A DNA stretch of 54,738 nt from an uncultured Methanosarcinales archaeon (GCA_964647565.1 CAZYIM010000017.1:1-54738); one strand, 5' to 3'; counted from the first letter of the stretch, positions 1 through 10,205 are shown. Notes: a model not told the origin generated them from the letters alone. A program made the numbers and translations.

Positions 1-555
1 GTGATTCATTCTAAGAACTTCAATCATTTAGATAAGATATTGGAACTTGGCGAGCAGGTTGGAACTTCAGATATAACATTTATACCATTAGCAGTTTTAG
101 GTCCTATGCAGGATAGATTAGAGTTGTCTAACGATGAAAAACAGGTGTTGCAGCAGCTCTTGCCAAAATACATACAATTGGCTAAAAAACTGGGAATTGA
201 TACTAATCTTGAATCTCTTCAGGAAGGTACGCCCAATAGTTCTCCTAAAACTGCAGAGAAACTTGCTAGCAAGAGTAAAAAAAAAGAGTCACCTGGTTTT
301 GCCAATACAGCTTGTTTTGAACCATTTCTTCATCTGGTCATAAAAATGAATTATTCAATCAGCCCTTGTTGTATGCTTGATTCTGAGGAGTCTTTAAAGA
401 AAAATAGCCTGAAATCTATTTGGTTTGGTGATTATTTCACTAATTTAAGAACCAAACTTATAGAGGGAAAATTACCTGTAAGATGTAAGAACTGCTTGCA
501 CACTCAAGTAGTCCATAATCAGGATCTGAGGGATGCTTTAAATAAAGAGATTTAA
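1..555 (+). CDS. Radical SAM protein, C-terminal part with Twitch/SPASM-like domain (5' truncated by window edge)
   Basis: CFEPF-x-SPCC ... SLKSIWFGDYF ... CKNC tail matches the complete radical SAM paralogs in the window; the CxxxCxxC motif lies outside the window. Confidence 0.85.
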   Translation: MIHSKNFNHLDKILELGEQVGTSDITFIPLAVLGPMQDRLELSNDEKQVLQQLLPKYIQLAKKLGIDTNLESLQEGTPNSSPKTAEKLASKSKKKESPGFANTACFEPFLHLVIKMNYSISPCCMLDSEESLKKNSLKSIWFGDYFTNLRTKLIEGKLPVRCKNCLHTQVVHNQDLRDALNKEI

Positions 556-689
556 TGAAAATTCTACAAATATTTCTGTTTTTGTCGGTATATTTAAATA
601 GTTTTTTTCGTTCCTTACTAAAAATTCAGGAGGATATTTTTAATATATAACAACATTAGTTAATTTTACAATCCTAACAGGTGGTCAAC

Positions 690-1328
690 GTGAATGCACT
701 AGACAAATTTAACATATTTATTGACAAGACAAAAGATACGCTTGACAGCATCTTTGGCAACAAGCCAGAGGGTGCAGATTATTTCAATCCTCATGAAGAA
801 GTTGAATTCCAAGAAGGCAGAAAAATATCTTATAAGAACTTAGTGAGCTTAGTCGAAGAAAAGCAAGGTAAGCTAGAAATAGATTTAACAGCAATTCTCG
901 TCGGAACCCTAAAAGAAACAGATGGTGGCTACCAGGGATTTGGTTATGGCTGGACAGACCAGATGTACGGCCAAAACGATGGAATAACTCTTTACACATA
1001 TACTCATGTGGTTAAAAAGAAAGCCCATCCTACATATGGATACAAAGGTACAGGTTTTGCATGGGCAGAGATTAAAAAATGTAATTTTGGCGGCAATAAA
1101 TTTAGGTTAAAACAGACCAAAATCCATACCGAGAATACTAGTAACGAGCCAGGATTCCAAGCAATGGGTTATTCTAGTGTTGATGAAATGGAAGGAACCC
1201 TGGGCAAACAACTTAAGGTAACCTTTAAAAGAACGCTTATGGATAAACGTGATGAGCATTCAGCATTATACCAAGGATGTGGAGAAGGCTGGACAGACAA
1301 GGCTAGAGTTACTATAGAACTTGTATGA
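690..1328 (+). CDS. Hypothetical protein with four internal ~38-aa Gly/aromatic-rich repeats
   Basis: Long ORF (track start 681). AGGTGG at 679-684 favours GTG at 690. Motifs YQGFGYGWTD, YKGTGFAWAE, FQAMGYSSVD, YQGCGEGWTD. T-tract follows the stop. Confidence 0.8.
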   Translation: MNALDKFNIFIDKTKDTLDSIFGNKPEGADYFNPHEEVEFQEGRKISYKNLVSLVEEKQGKLEIDLTAILVGTLKETDGGYQGFGYGWTDQMYGQNDGITLYTYTHVVKKKAHPTYGYKGTGFAWAEIKKCNFGGNKFRLKQTKIHTENTSNEPGFQAMGYSSVDEMEGTLGKQLKVTFKRTLMDKRDEHSALYQGCGEGWTDKARVTIELV

Positions 1329-1341
1329 TTTTTTTCTTTTT
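1329..1341 (+). terminator. Oligo-T archaeal-type terminator
   Basis: TTTTTTTCTTTTT directly after the stop of 690..1328, at a convergent gene junction. Confidence 0.45.
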
Positions 1342-2687
1342 AATTTAGATATCCTAGAGATTTAAGCAGCTCAATACTTTTCTTGTTATCTTCCTTTAAT
1401 CGCTGATTTGATTCTATAAACTCATTGAGAAATCTCATCATGTTCTGGCTTATCTCTGGCATCACTCTAAACATATTATTTTGTTCTTTCTTACCCTCTA
1501 CAATATTATACAGCTTTGCTGTGTTATTATCAAACACTAATTTCCAATCTCCCTGCCTGACCAACCAGGAATCCTCCCCAGCAAGGACAAGTGTACGATC
1601 TTCCTGTAATTCCAATAGACTAACACCCTTGAGATTTGAAAAGTCATGGTCAATCTCTAATAGGTCAAGTACTGTTGGGAAAATGTCGATGTTTGAGACA
1701 GGTATTCTTGTTTTTGCATTATTTCCCAGCTTTTTTCCTCCAACGCTGATCATCAAAGGCACCTTAACTACTTCGTCTTTCAATGTAATGCAGTGGTTCC
1801 AAAGGTCTTCTTCACCTAGCAGTTCTCCATGGTCTGAAGTAAGGATAACTAGCGTATTTTTATCTAGGTTTAGCTCTTTAAGCTTAGTCAACACTCTTCC
1901 CATATGATAATCCATGTATTTGATCTCCCCCTCATACAAACCATGCATATATGTAGTCTCTTCTTCGCTAAGTTTGTAACCTACGTATTTCCAAGATTCA
2001 TCTGTGGGTGCTTTAATTTCATTTAAGTATGATCTAATATCTCCTTTGACAAAGGATATATTTTGATTGGTGGTTTTGAGTTCTTTCCTATGTTCTGCAG
2101 GAGGGTTGTATGGATCGTGCGGATCAAAATAGAATAGCCAAAGAAAAAACTTACCTTTTTTTATGATTTTTCTCGAGCCATTCAATGGATTTTTGACTGA
2201 CTTCTTCTGCATTTCTTGTACTCATTGAGTAGATGTCTTTTTGTTTTTCATTTTGGATATCATAGAAGTCAAAACCTATACTATAATATGGATTGGGATT
2301 CTCAGAATCACCAAATAAATGTTGGCTGATAATTGCAGCAGTATTATATCCACTCTGGTTGAGCACTTCTGCAAGCCTTGGTTTATCCTTAACATCTAAT
2401 CTACCGGTTAACATACGTACTACTGCAGGAACAGTGCACGGAGCTGAAGTATAGGCCTGCTCATAGATAGTTTTATCGTTGAAAAATTTATCAATATTGG
2501 GTGTTGTATTCTTAGGATAACCATAGATGCCCATATGGTCCTGCCTGAGTGTATCAACAGTAATTAGAATAACATTACAGTCTGGAGGGCAGTTAACTTC
2601 TTGAACAGCCGCTTTTTGGCATGCTGATAGGAATATAGTGCTAACTACCATGAATATTAGAAACAGGTTTCTTCTTAGGTGTGTCAT
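1340..2687 (-). pseudogene. Sulfatase-like hydrolase/transferase (alkaline phosphatase superfamily) split by a +1 frameshift; predicted lipoprotein
   Basis: ORF 2151..2687 has lipobox LSAC, LITVDTLRQDH and APCTVPAVVRMLTG. ORF 1340..2212 has FFLWLFYFDPHDPY, LTSDHGE and a C-terminal LKSLGY. Removing one base of the A7 run at 2156-2162 joins them (HKK-GKFFLW). Could be a sequencing error. Confidence 0.75.
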
Positions 2688-2724
2688 ATTGGATTTAAAT
2701 CAGCGTTCTCTTTAAGCAGGATGC

Positions 2725-4071
2725 TCATGTGATATAGCCAAGAGCCCTCAATCTTTCTTTCATCTCTTCTTCGTATGGTGAACCCTCGGATTCGGATTTT
2801 CCCTTTTTATTATCATCTAAGTCCTTTAGTTTCTCAACAGGTTCAACTATTTCTTTCAGAAGGTGCAATGGCGGAAGATTTTTCATGTCAGGATCCTTAG
2901 GGATACCTTGTATATGAAGAATTAGTGGTGCAATATCATAAACGCTAAGATTGTTAACTTCACCCAGATTTTTAAACAAGGGGCCTTTTGCCAGAAATAC
3001 TCCGTTTATCTTATGCTGAGCATGTCCTGGTGCTCCATCTTCAAAATGGTGTATAGTCAGTGGATGCTTGAATCCATGATCTGAGACAATAATTATGTTG
3101 GTGCCAGGATCTATTATCTCTTGCATCTTGCCTATGCTTTCATCTGTGTGCTTGTAAAATTCGGGGATTATATTTTCGAATATCTCTTTTTCTTCTTCTG
3201 TTGGAGGATTCCTGAATTTCATATTCTTGTATTCTGGCTGATAATATTTCCAATATTTATGCGAGACTGCATCGACACTGTCATAATACCCTATAAAAAG
3301 ATCTGGTTGGTCGATATTCTTGAGCAGGGATAAAGTGATTTGGATTCTGAGCTTCTCTTTTGAAAATTCAGCTCTCAAGAAAGATATTAATCTTTGATAT
3401 GTTTCTTCTTTTGAATCACTCTTAAAATCTTTATCAACATAATTTAATATATCTTTATCTGTAAATCGTATTATTTCTTGGTATATCTTGTCATAATCAT
3501 AATCTGCCTTATTTTGCTCTTTAAAACCATTTAGAAGCTCCGGAGGATAGGTCAGGTCTGGAACTTTTGCCTTATCCGTCAAGAAATATTCATAATAGCG
3601 TCTGCTTACAATATAACCATTAACTTTTTCAGCCGGCCAGCTTGCATAATACCCCATTACCCCTACAGACTTATTGTACTTAGACAGGATGTTCCATAAT
3701 GCAGGCACCTTTCTATGGTTTGAAGTTAATGTTTGGCCGTCTATTAAGAAATCAGTAATTCCATGCTCTTCGCCTGTTTTTCCAGTCGCAATAGATGTCC
3801 AAATAAGAGGAGTTTTCATAGGCTCAATAGATCTGAGATTGCCATAAGTCCCTTTATCCATTAATTTTTTTATATTCGGAAGTTCATTCTTTTCTATGAG
3901 AGGTTTGATGATATCCCACTCCATGCCGTCGATCCCTATTAAAATCACTTTGTGGTTTTTCTTGGGCGAGATGTTGGTCAGAACCAGAAAAACTAATAAT
4001 ATGAGGCAAATTATTCCGCTTAAAAAGGGTATTATGTTTAGGAATCTGTTTATCAATCTCTTTTTAGTCAT
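2725..4071 (-). CDS. Type I phosphodiesterase/nucleotide pyrophosphatase family protein (alkaline phosphatase superfamily), N-terminal membrane anchor
   Basis: IGIDGMEW, TPLIWTSIATG, DAVSHKYW, VSDHGF motifs; C-terminal ERLRALGY; N-terminal hydrophobic helix. Confidence 0.9.
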   Translation of the reverse strand: MTKKRLINRFLNIIPFLSGIICLILLVFLVLTNISPKKNHKVILIGIDGMEWDIIKPLIEKNELPNIKKLMDKGTYGNLRSIEPMKTPLIWTSIATGKTGEEHGITDFLIDGQTLTSNHRKVPALWNILSKYNKSVGVMGYYASWPAEKVNGYIVSRRYYEYFLTDKAKVPDLTYPPELLNGFKEQNKADYDYDKIYQEIIRFTDKDILNYVDKDFKSDSKEETYQRLISFLRAEFSKEKLRIQITLSLLKNIDQPDLFIGYYDSVDAVSHKYWKYYQPEYKNMKFRNPPTEEEKEIFENIIPEFYKHTDESIGKMQEIIDPGTNIIIVSDHGFKHPLTIHHFEDGAPGHAQHKINGVFLAKGPLFKNLGEVNNLSVYDIAPLILHIQGIPKDPDMKNLPPLHLLKEIVEPVEKLKDLDDNKKGKSESEGSPYEEEMKERLRALGYIT

Positions 4072-6011
4072 TTTAACAGGCTCTTTCCATCTATTAATTC
4101 GCTTTCTTTAAGTCCTAAAGCATCAAAAATTGTGGGTACTATGTCCATTTGGGAAGCAGATTTGGAATTTAGTTCTATATTTGCAAATAGAACTCCCGGA
4201 ACGAATTTAGGATCGACAAGATGGTCTCCAACCCATTTTTTATCATTGTCTGTTATCACCTCTTTTGTAAATCCTCCGATAGCATTTTGCCATGACATCC
4301 TAAAGCCAGGATTAAAACCTATTATTATGTCAGGGGCATCTTTCATACTTTCCCCATTATAAATTTCTTCTCTCTTGTATGCTTTGTTTACTACTTTTTT
4401 TCCTGTTTTAGGGTCTTTTAATTTTTCCAGCTCATCAATAATTTCATCAATGATCGCATCTCTATCTTTCACAATCCCTTTTCCTTCCCTGTCTTGAAGA
4501 TTGACATATATGCTGTTGAATCCTACTGAATAGGCTTTTGTTTTTGACCAGTCCACTTTTTCGAAAAGAGCTCCATCCTGGCCTTTTTTAAGTTCCTCAG
4601 TCAGAGTTATAAATCCATTTTCCACCAGCCATGTGTTGATACTGACGGATCTTTCAAATGATGTGAATCCGTGGTCAGAAATTATTAAGAGAAGGGTGTT
4701 CTCATCAAGCTTTTCAAGAACATTTCCGATGAATTCATCCTTTTCAATAAAGTATTCCTCTATCTCTTCACTGGTTTGGAACCTTTTAGAATTCTTGGTC
4801 AGGACCTTATCTTGCCACATGACATGTTGCAGCCTGTCAGAAGAATCGAAAACAAAAGCAAAGATACCTTTTTTCTTTTTATTGAACTCATTGAACTCAT
4901 CCCAAAACATCTTATTTCTTTCATTCTCAATATCTTTAATCTGTTTTATGAATGCATCCTTATCTAGGAGTTCATCAACATAGCCGTCTGTCTCTTCAGG
5001 CATTCCCAGGGTGTGATAAATGCCGATTGCCTTTGCTAGTTCTTCTGAATATTTGGGCGGATAAGAAATTTTCTTTATTGGATTTTCAGGATCTATCTGT
5101 ATGGCTGTGACATACATCTCAAAGGGATCTATGCTTATCAGATATGTCCTGAATATGCCGTATGCTTTGCTGAATGTTCCAGTCTTGAACTTAACTCTGA
5201 TCCATTCACTCCAGCTATCAAGATCGAGCGAATATTCTTTTTCATTGATGGTTAAAGTGGCTGAGTTCTGATCGTTGGAGATTGAAATCTGTAAAGGTTC
5301 TTTGATATCTACAACATTGCCAGATTTGCTTGTCTTAGGACCGAATATTTCTGTGTGAATGATCCCATCAATTTCTTCAACCTTAACAATCTTATTGCTG
5401 GCCTTTGAGGATTCCTTATCTTCTTCTGAAGTATAATAACTATACCCGCTCAAGAAACCCTTGATATCTGGCACCCCTAGTCCGGACAATAGATTACCTT
5501 CAATCCTTTCAGGAGGGAATGTGACAGGCCATCTGATGACACTTGTAGAAATTCCTTCTTTGGAGCTTATTCTCCAGAAGGGATCTGCTTTTACATATGA
5601 TTGGTAATCCGTACCTGCAATACCGCTTACAGTCTTTGTTAGACTCAATTCAGGCAAGTAGTTCTTAGGGTTCCTTCTTATGAAATCAAAGATGTTGTGC
5701 TTGCCAGGATTAGTACCTGTGGCAATGGAGGTCCATGCAACAGGACTATGCGGTGGATAGCTGGTATTAAGGTTGATAAAAGTGCCATTTTTTACTAGCT
5801 TGTTGAGATTTGGAAGTTTATTTTCCGCTATTAAGGATTTGGCCACTCTCGGATCAAAGCCATCTATACCTATGATTATGACCTTATTAAATCTGGATTT
5901 GGTTTCCATACTCCCCTCTTGAGCTGTAATAAAAATAATTAAAACTAATATTGCAACAACAAAACAAACCACGAATGTTTTTATTAATCTTTTCTTTTTA
6001 TTTTTTCCCAT
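4068..6011 (-). CDS. Type I phosphodiesterase/nucleotide pyrophosphatase family protein, N-terminal membrane anchor
   Basis: IGIDGFDP, SPVAWTSIATGTNPGKH, DRLQH, ISDHGF, GDH motifs; ATGA overlap with next gene. Confidence 0.9.
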   Translation of the reverse strand: MGKNKKKRLIKTFVVCFVVAILVLIIFITAQEGSMETKSRFNKVIIIGIDGFDPRVAKSLIAENKLPNLNKLVKNGTFINLNTSYPPHSPVAWTSIATGTNPGKHNIFDFIRRNPKNYLPELSLTKTVSGIAGTDYQSYVKADPFWRISSKEGISTSVIRWPVTFPPERIEGNLLSGLGVPDIKGFLSGYSYYTSEEDKESSKASNKIVKVEEIDGIIHTEIFGPKTSKSGNVVDIKEPLQISISNDQNSATLTINEKEYSLDLDSWSEWIRVKFKTGTFSKAYGIFRTYLISIDPFEMYVTAIQIDPENPIKKISYPPKYSEELAKAIGIYHTLGMPEETDGYVDELLDKDAFIKQIKDIENERNKMFWDEFNEFNKKKKGIFAFVFDSSDRLQHVMWQDKVLTKNSKRFQTSEEIEEYFIEKDEFIGNVLEKLDENTLLLIISDHGFTSFERSVSINTWLVENGFITLTEELKKGQDGALFEKVDWSKTKAYSVGFNSIYVNLQDREGKGIVKDRDAIIDEIIDELEKLKDPKTGKKVVNKAYKREEIYNGESMKDAPDIIIGFNPGFRMSWQNAIGGFTKEVITDNDKKWVGDHLVDPKFVPGVLFANIELNSKSASQMDIVPTIFDALGLKESELIDGKSLLK

Positions 6012-6208
6012 AATCTCAATACCGCCTTTTTAATTGGCTGAAAGAAATATCTTAAGAAAAATGCGCCTATAGCTGCCAATACTGCTACAATGAATGGCCA
6101 GATTGATCCAACGATCATACCTCCTGTACCCGGATCGATATACGCAAGAACAATTTTCATTGTCATAAGACCAAGCCCGATATGCAGCCAGATTTTTTTA
6201 TTTAGCAT
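5984..6208 (-). CDS. Small membrane protein with AYIDPGTG motif
   Basis: ATG at 6208 overlaps the upstream stop (6202-6204); AYIDPGTGG followed by a hydrophobic helix and a basic tail; 74 aa. Confidence 0.7.
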   Translation of the reverse strand: MLNKKIWLHIGLGLMTMKIVLAYIDPGTGGMIVGSIWPFIVAVLAAIGAFFLRYFFQPIKKAVLRLWEKIKRKD

Positions 6209-7302
6209 TTTTTGTTTAGACAATCTCGTATTTCGTTGTTGATGGAAAAACTCCAGGGATTGCATCTAGAGCAACTCTTTGGGAGTACGTCTTCTATAAT
6301 TGTACCCCTTATCCTATTAAAATATTTACTATTCCATACTTTTTCAAGACTCTTTGCACTTCGTATATCAACACCTTTTGTTGTGAAAAGGAAGCAAGGT
6401 TCTATATGCCCATCAGAGAAAATAGACATGTTAAACCAGGGATAGAAACAGAGAATATTATTGAAGGCCTGATTTTTTTTCTTATCATTATTTATATTCT
6501 TTTTTGTTTCCTTATCCATGATATTTGCCTTTTCAAACAGATTCTGCTGAATAAATTCATCTAGATTTGTTCCAATATTGTTTTTCCTGGCATAAGCCAA
6601 GGCTCTTTTTGCAAGTTTTGAGAATATATTCCAGTTTTCCTTGTTCATCTTGAGGGGCTCCATCTCTTCGGACCAGATGTTAAGGGCATTAACTAATACA
6701 TCATCTACATTGAGTTGCTTTGCAAGTTTGAACATCTCACAAATTTTATCGTAGTTTCTATTACAAATCACCATATGAACCGCTAGAATTGGATTTTTTT
6801 GGCCTTTTTCTGCTTTCAAATCTGAAAAGAGCTTGGCGTTCCTAATTACCTTGTTAAAGCACTTCACTTTCCTAATGTGTTCATGAGTCTTTGCATCAGG
6901 TCCATCAAGACTGATGGTTACCTTGTCCCATTTCAGTTTGACAAGGGTTTCAATGAACTGCTTGTCAAATAAAGTACCATTAGTTATGATTTCTCCGATC
7001 ATCCCCTGTTTTTTTATTTCTGTCATGACAGAGAAAGCGAGATTCCTGTCCAATAATGGCTCGCCTCCGCCGCATATATGCCATTCTTTAACACCCATTT
7101 TCTTGCTCTGTCTGATGATATCCAGCCATTCATCCTTGTTAAGTTCACTGTCTTTTTTAAAGGCATGCTGTTTGGCGAATTCTCTAGTCGGACAGAAAAA
7201 ACACTGTAGATTGCAGAAATTTGTAAGATGTGCTTGAATCTGGGTCGGACCCTGCGGTTGACCTAGGGACCACAACTTAATTCTCTTAACCCGTTCCTCC
7301 AT
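6202..7302 (-). CDS. Radical SAM protein with Twitch/SPASM-like C-terminal domain
   Basis: CNLQCFFC, GGGEP, TNG, SLDG; tail CFYPW-x-EPC...CSRC. Confidence 0.93.
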   Translation of the reverse strand: MEERVKRIKLWSLGQPQGPTQIQAHLTNFCNLQCFFCPTREFAKQHAFKKDSELNKDEWLDIIRQSKKMGVKEWHICGGGEPLLDRNLAFSVMTEIKKQGMIGEIITNGTLFDKQFIETLVKLKWDKVTISLDGPDAKTHEHIRKVKCFNKVIRNAKLFSDLKAEKGQKNPILAVHMVICNRNYDKICEMFKLAKQLNVDDVLVNALNIWSEEMEPLKMNKENWNIFSKLAKRALAYARKNNIGTNLDEFIQQNLFEKANIMDKETKKNINNDKKKNQAFNNILCFYPWFNMSIFSDGHIEPCFLFTTKGVDIRSAKSLEKVWNSKYFNRIRGTIIEDVLPKSCSRCNPWSFSINNEIRDCLNKKC

Positions 7303-7323
7303 GATTTCTGGGAATATCTGCTA

Positions 7324-7336
7324 TATTTAAAAGTTG
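7324..7336 (-). promoter_or_regulatory. Archaeal TATA box for 6202..7302
   Basis: CAACTTTTAAATA on the minus strand; TTTAAATA ends 22 nt before the ATG, consistent with a leaderless transcript. Confidence 0.5.
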
Positions 7337-7393
7337 TTGATAAACTTGCCTAAAAACAATAAATAAATAAGCAAGTAAAGACTCCTAACTACG

Positions 7394-8791
7394 ATGAGAG
7401 TTTCCTTAATATTCGCTCCTTTTGGTCATGTGAAACATTTGGAGAAAACTGAGACTGAGAATGAAGAGTTTGGAGCTTTTCCACCTCTAAATCTAAGTTA
7501 TGTTGCTTCAATAACAAGACAAGCTGGCCATAAGGTGAAGCTCATAGATGCGCATGCTCTGAAACTTTCAAAAAAGCAGGTACTAGCTAAAATCTCAAAG
7601 TTTCGGCCGGATATTCTGGGATTTATGCTTACATCTTATATGTTCCAAAGGACTTTTGATTGGATAAGATATTTTAAGAGAAAGACTGGGTTGCCTGTGG
7701 CTGTAGGTGGTATAAATCTAAGGCTTTTTCCAGAAGAGACCATGAGCCATCCCGAAATAGATTTTGCAATTTTGGGTTCTGCGAGGGCTGCTTTTCCTTC
7801 CTTGCTCCACGCATTAGAGAATGTCGAACCTGTGGATAAAATTAAAGGTATTGCATTCCGAAGAAAAGGAAATGTTGTTTTTAACCCGCCGGATGATTTA
7901 ACAGAAGATCTCGATCTTCTGCCCTTTCCAGCAAGGGATTTGCTTCCTAATCATAAATATTATTCCTATATTTCCCAGAGAAAGAATTTTTCAGTTGTAA
8001 ACACTAGTTTCGGTTGCCCTTATAATTGTGTTTTCTGCGATGAGAGGGCAAGTCCCTACAGGCCGAGAGATCCCAAGAAGGTGGTTGATGAGGTGGAGGT
8101 GTGCGTAAAGAAATACAAAGTAAGGGAGATTGATTTCTTTGACAGAAACTTTACCACCAGTAAAAAGCGAGTTATTAATATCTGTGATGAGCTGATAAAG
8201 AGGAAAGTCAAGATTGAGTGGAGCTGCCGTTCAAGGGTTGATAATGTTGATTCTGAAATGTTGTCAAAGATGAAGCGTGCCGGCTGTAAGATGATCCTTT
8301 ATGGCATTGAGTCTGGTGATCCCAAAATCCTGAAAAATATGAAAAAACAGATCAGTCTGGACAGAGTAAGACAGACTGTTAAACTGACCCAGAAGCATGG
8401 AATTAGGGTTTTTGGTTTCTTTATGATAGGTGCGCCTGGAGAAACTAAAGAAACTGCTATGAGAACCATCAATTTTGCCAAAAGCCTAGACTTAGATTTC
8501 GTCCAGTTTACTAGAACCTCTGCAAAGCCTTTGACTGAACTGCATAAGATGATTACAGAAAAGACAGGTAGAGACTTTTGGAGGGATTTTGTGCGTGGGA
8601 AAACCATCGAGCAGAAGTTACCTATGCCTTGGACTGATCTTTCCCAAAAAGAGATTCATAAACTTATAAGATCTGCCTACCTTTCGTTCTATCTCAGACC
8701 CAAGATTATCATCAGAGCATTTTTTAATCTCAAGTCATTTGACGAGTTATGGAGATATACTCGTTCTACTCTCAAACTAGTTGTTAGATGA
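7394..8791 (+). CDS. Cobalamin-binding radical SAM protein (class B methyltransferase-like)
   Basis: FPPLNLSYVA, VGG, PARDL, CPYNCVFC, YGIESG, FFMIGAPGET. Confidence 0.93.
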   Translation: MRVSLIFAPFGHVKHLEKTETENEEFGAFPPLNLSYVASITRQAGHKVKLIDAHALKLSKKQVLAKISKFRPDILGFMLTSYMFQRTFDWIRYFKRKTGLPVAVGGINLRLFPEETMSHPEIDFAILGSARAAFPSLLHALENVEPVDKIKGIAFRRKGNVVFNPPDDLTEDLDLLPFPARDLLPNHKYYSYISQRKNFSVVNTSFGCPYNCVFCDERASPYRPRDPKKVVDEVEVCVKKYKVREIDFFDRNFTTSKKRVINICDELIKRKVKIEWSCRSRVDNVDSEMLSKMKRAGCKMILYGIESGDPKILKNMKKQISLDRVRQTVKLTQKHGIRVFGFFMIGAPGETKETAMRTINFAKSLDLDFVQFTRTSAKPLTELHKMITEKTGRDFWRDFVRGKTIEQKLPMPWTDLSQKEIHKLIRSAYLSFYLRPKIIIRAFFNLKSFDELWRYTRSTLKLVVR

Positions 8792-8804
8792 AACTTAGTT
8801 CAAT

Positions 8805-10205
8805 TTAAGACAAAATCAATCGGGTTGTACTAATAAAGGTTTTGATGTCGTCAAATGATTTAATTGTCCTTAAGAAAAACCACAGTTTTCTGGGCCGGAG
8901 GTAGAACTTTTGATGAAATTCCTTTTGAAGCCTACATAATTCTTTAAAAGAGCGTCCTTTTGGAACGTAAGTTGCTTTCTTTGATTTTAAATGGCCTGGT
9001 ATGGAAATATAGTCCTCCCAATTAAAATTATTAATCTGTTTTTTCAATTCTTTAAAATTAGCAATAGTGGGGAATGGCGTATACAGATTGAATTTGACAA
9101 AATCAGGATCAAGCTCTTTTGCTAGTTCAAGAGCTGCATACGATTGTTTGCGGGTTTCGCCGGGTAGGCCAATGATAAAAGATGCACGGGTAGTAATTCC
9201 TGATTTTTTCAATATTCTAAAAGCGCATTTTACCTGTTTAAGATTAAAACCTTTATTAATTTGTTTCAACAGCTCTTCATCTGCAGCCTCAACGCCTAGA
9301 AAGATAAATTTGCATCCTGCAGCCTCCATAAATCTTATTTTATCTTCTGTTATCAAATCAATCCTTGTCTCGCAGAGCCATTTGATCTTCTTATGTAATC
9401 CTCGTTTGATCATCTCTTTTGAAAATGCAATTTCTGCTCCTGGGAAAAAAAGATCATCCTGAAAAAGGATTTCCTTGACCGCGTATTTTGACACAAGAAA
9501 TTCAATCTCATCCACTACGTTATTCACACTTCTGGATCTGTATTTTTTTCCCCAAAGCATCTTTGAATAACAAAAGGTGCAGTTAAAAGAACAACCCCTT
9601 ATTGTTAAAACAACATCTGCAGGATATTTCAGGGGCCAGTCTGGTGTTGATCTGAATTTTAACCTGGGTGTAAGGTGTCTTGCAGGAAATGGTAGTATAT
9701 CAAGATTCTCAATAAATTCTCTATCTGGATTGTGCAGAATCCTACCTTTATGAATATAAGAAATACCTTTAATCTTTCTTAGGTTCTTAGGATTCTTTGC
9801 TATATTTAAAAATGTGTATTCGCCCTCATTTTTTACTACTACATCTACAAAACCAGATTCCAGACATTCATCAGACACTGTACTTACATGAGGACCGCCC
9901 ATTACAACTATTGTTTGTGGGAAACTCTCTTTTACTAATTTCGCAGTTTTTAGAGCTACACTATACGTGGCGGTAACACAGGTGATTCCGACCAATTTAG
10001 GATCAGGAATCGATACAAGCTTTTTTCGTAGCATATTAAAATCCCAACTTAGAAGTTCGGCATCAATAATCTGAACTTCCAAATTATTCTTTTCAAGAAC
10101 CGCTGCAATATAGGTAAGACCTAGGTGTGGTAATTTTGGCACAAATGCGCCTAGCTTTCCGTAATAATTTTCTGCATGAAGTGGTGGAGACAACAAGAGG
10201 ATCAT
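8805..10205 (-). CDS. Cobalamin-binding radical SAM protein
   Basis: PHLGLTYIAA, MGGPH, EGE, RGCSFNCTFC, GVE, IIGLPGET. Confidence 0.93.
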   Translation of the reverse strand: MILLLSPPLHAENYYGKLGAFVPKLPHLGLTYIAAVLEKNNLEVQIIDAELLSWDFNMLRKKLVSIPDPKLVGITCVTATYSVALKTAKLVKESFPQTIVVMGGPHVSTVSDECLESGFVDVVVKNEGEYTFLNIAKNPKNLRKIKGISYIHKGRILHNPDREFIENLDILPFPARHLTPRLKFRSTPDWPLKYPADVVLTIRGCSFNCTFCYSKMLWGKKYRSRSVNNVVDEIEFLVSKYAVKEILFQDDLFFPGAEIAFSKEMIKRGLHKKIKWLCETRIDLITEDKIRFMEAAGCKFIFLGVEAADEELLKQINKGFNLKQVKCAFRILKKSGITTRASFIIGLPGETRKQSYAALELAKELDPDFVKFNLYTPFPTIANFKELKKQINNFNWEDYISIPGHLKSKKATYVPKGRSFKELCRLQKEFHQKFYLRPRKLWFFLRTIKSFDDIKTFISTTRLILS

